A DNA stretch of 63,395 nt, counting the filler, from Choristocarpus tenellus KU-1152 (taxonomy: Eukaryota > Protista > Phaeophyceae): assembly GCA_964200185.2 (NCBI GenBank). It is 12 parts of 12 records of this genome, joined end to end, with 100 filler letters (N's around TTAATTAATTAA, not from the genome) between each part and the next. Parts side by side here need not be neighbours in the genome. Positions count along the whole stretch, not along the records: positions 60,798 to 63,395 come from CAXNAD020026405.1; 11 more parts are not named here. One strand, given 5' to 3'. Position 1 is the first letter of the stretch, and each line of letters starts with the position of its first letter. Shown in pieces: positions 62,886 to 63,395 of the stretch. A program made the translations under genes and the position numbers. The notes beneath the pieces were generated by a model. It searched no databases. It saw only the letters and a list, made by a program, of their open reading frames with translations, and was not told where the DNA came from.

Positions 62886-63196
62886 TGTTACAGGCGAAAT
62901 GTCTTGATGGCGGTTTCATAAACACCATTATGACCTTGAAGTCCTAGATTTGATGTATTTGTACTTCTTGACTATTTATTTATTAATTATTTGGTCATAA
63001 TGGTCCCCGACTGTGATAAGACATAGTAGACCAGTTCCTTTTTATACAATGATATTGATGATAATCCAAGTGAGAGGTCCAGCATACTTGACGACTTGTG
63101 GATCAGGAGTCCTATACATACATCAGTATAATCTATAGGCCTTTAGATTGGAGCTATACATCCTGTGGAAGTAAGCTTCTGGAACGCGCTGTAACA
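62886..63196 (+). mobile_element. Solo LTR, TGTTACAGGCG family, nested in an LTR family D copy
   Basis: TGTTACAG...CTGTAACA perfect 8-bp inverted ends; GAGC TSD. Confidence 0.88.
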
Positions 63197-63207
63197 GAGC
63201 TAGGGAA

Positions 63208-63360
63208 GGCTCAAAGTATCTGGGGGGGTGGCGTCTGTCCATTTGGGGTAAATTTTTCATGTTGCGATTGGTTGCATGCATCGGATGGATAATGAAAATG
63301 CACTTTTCCTGATTTTGCCCCAAATGGACACCCAGGTGTAGACCCCCCCCCCCCCCCCCC
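63208..63360 (-). mobile_element. MITE family B (reverse, ends in a C-run)
   Basis: GGCTCAAAGTATCTGGGGGGG...CCCCAAATGGACACCCAGGTGTAGACCCC. Confidence 0.88.
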
Positions 63361-63395
63361 CGCCCCGACACTCGGGGGGGAGCCTGCGAAGAGAA

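Noticed and set aside
1-63395. Giant-virus or prokaryotic origin, or a gene cluster spanning the window
   Set aside because: Spliceosomal introns, low coding density and eukaryotic TEs; no viral hallmark genes recognised; contig order is artificial.

Overview
This is not one continuous locus. It is 12 short contigs joined by an artificial 100-bp linker (44 N + TTAATTAATTAA + 44 N), so adjacency across linkers means nothing. The DNA is repeat-rich eukaryotic nuclear sequence with GT-AG introns; a stramenopile/brown-alga-like origin is my inference only. Host genes reconstructed by hand: an Elongin A-like gene with an internal TFIIS-N domain, a protein kinase, an HSF with two DNA-binding domains, and a coiled-coil protein. 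Decayed mobile DNA includes Copia pol, a Gypsy integrase with chromodomain, RTE-like LINEs, a CRE-like element, solo LTRs, and an intron-containing Sola2-like DDD transposase inside a multi-kb repeat seen on two contigs. About 20 MITE copies in three families share one bipartite end signal: a terminal GRNNNAAAGTATCT plus a subterminal GTCCATTTGGGG. In families A and B the subterminal motif sits about 31 bp from one end and about 41 bp from the other, a one-helical-turn asymmetry, and this is the most intriguing signal in the window. All family assignments are by eye, without database searches.
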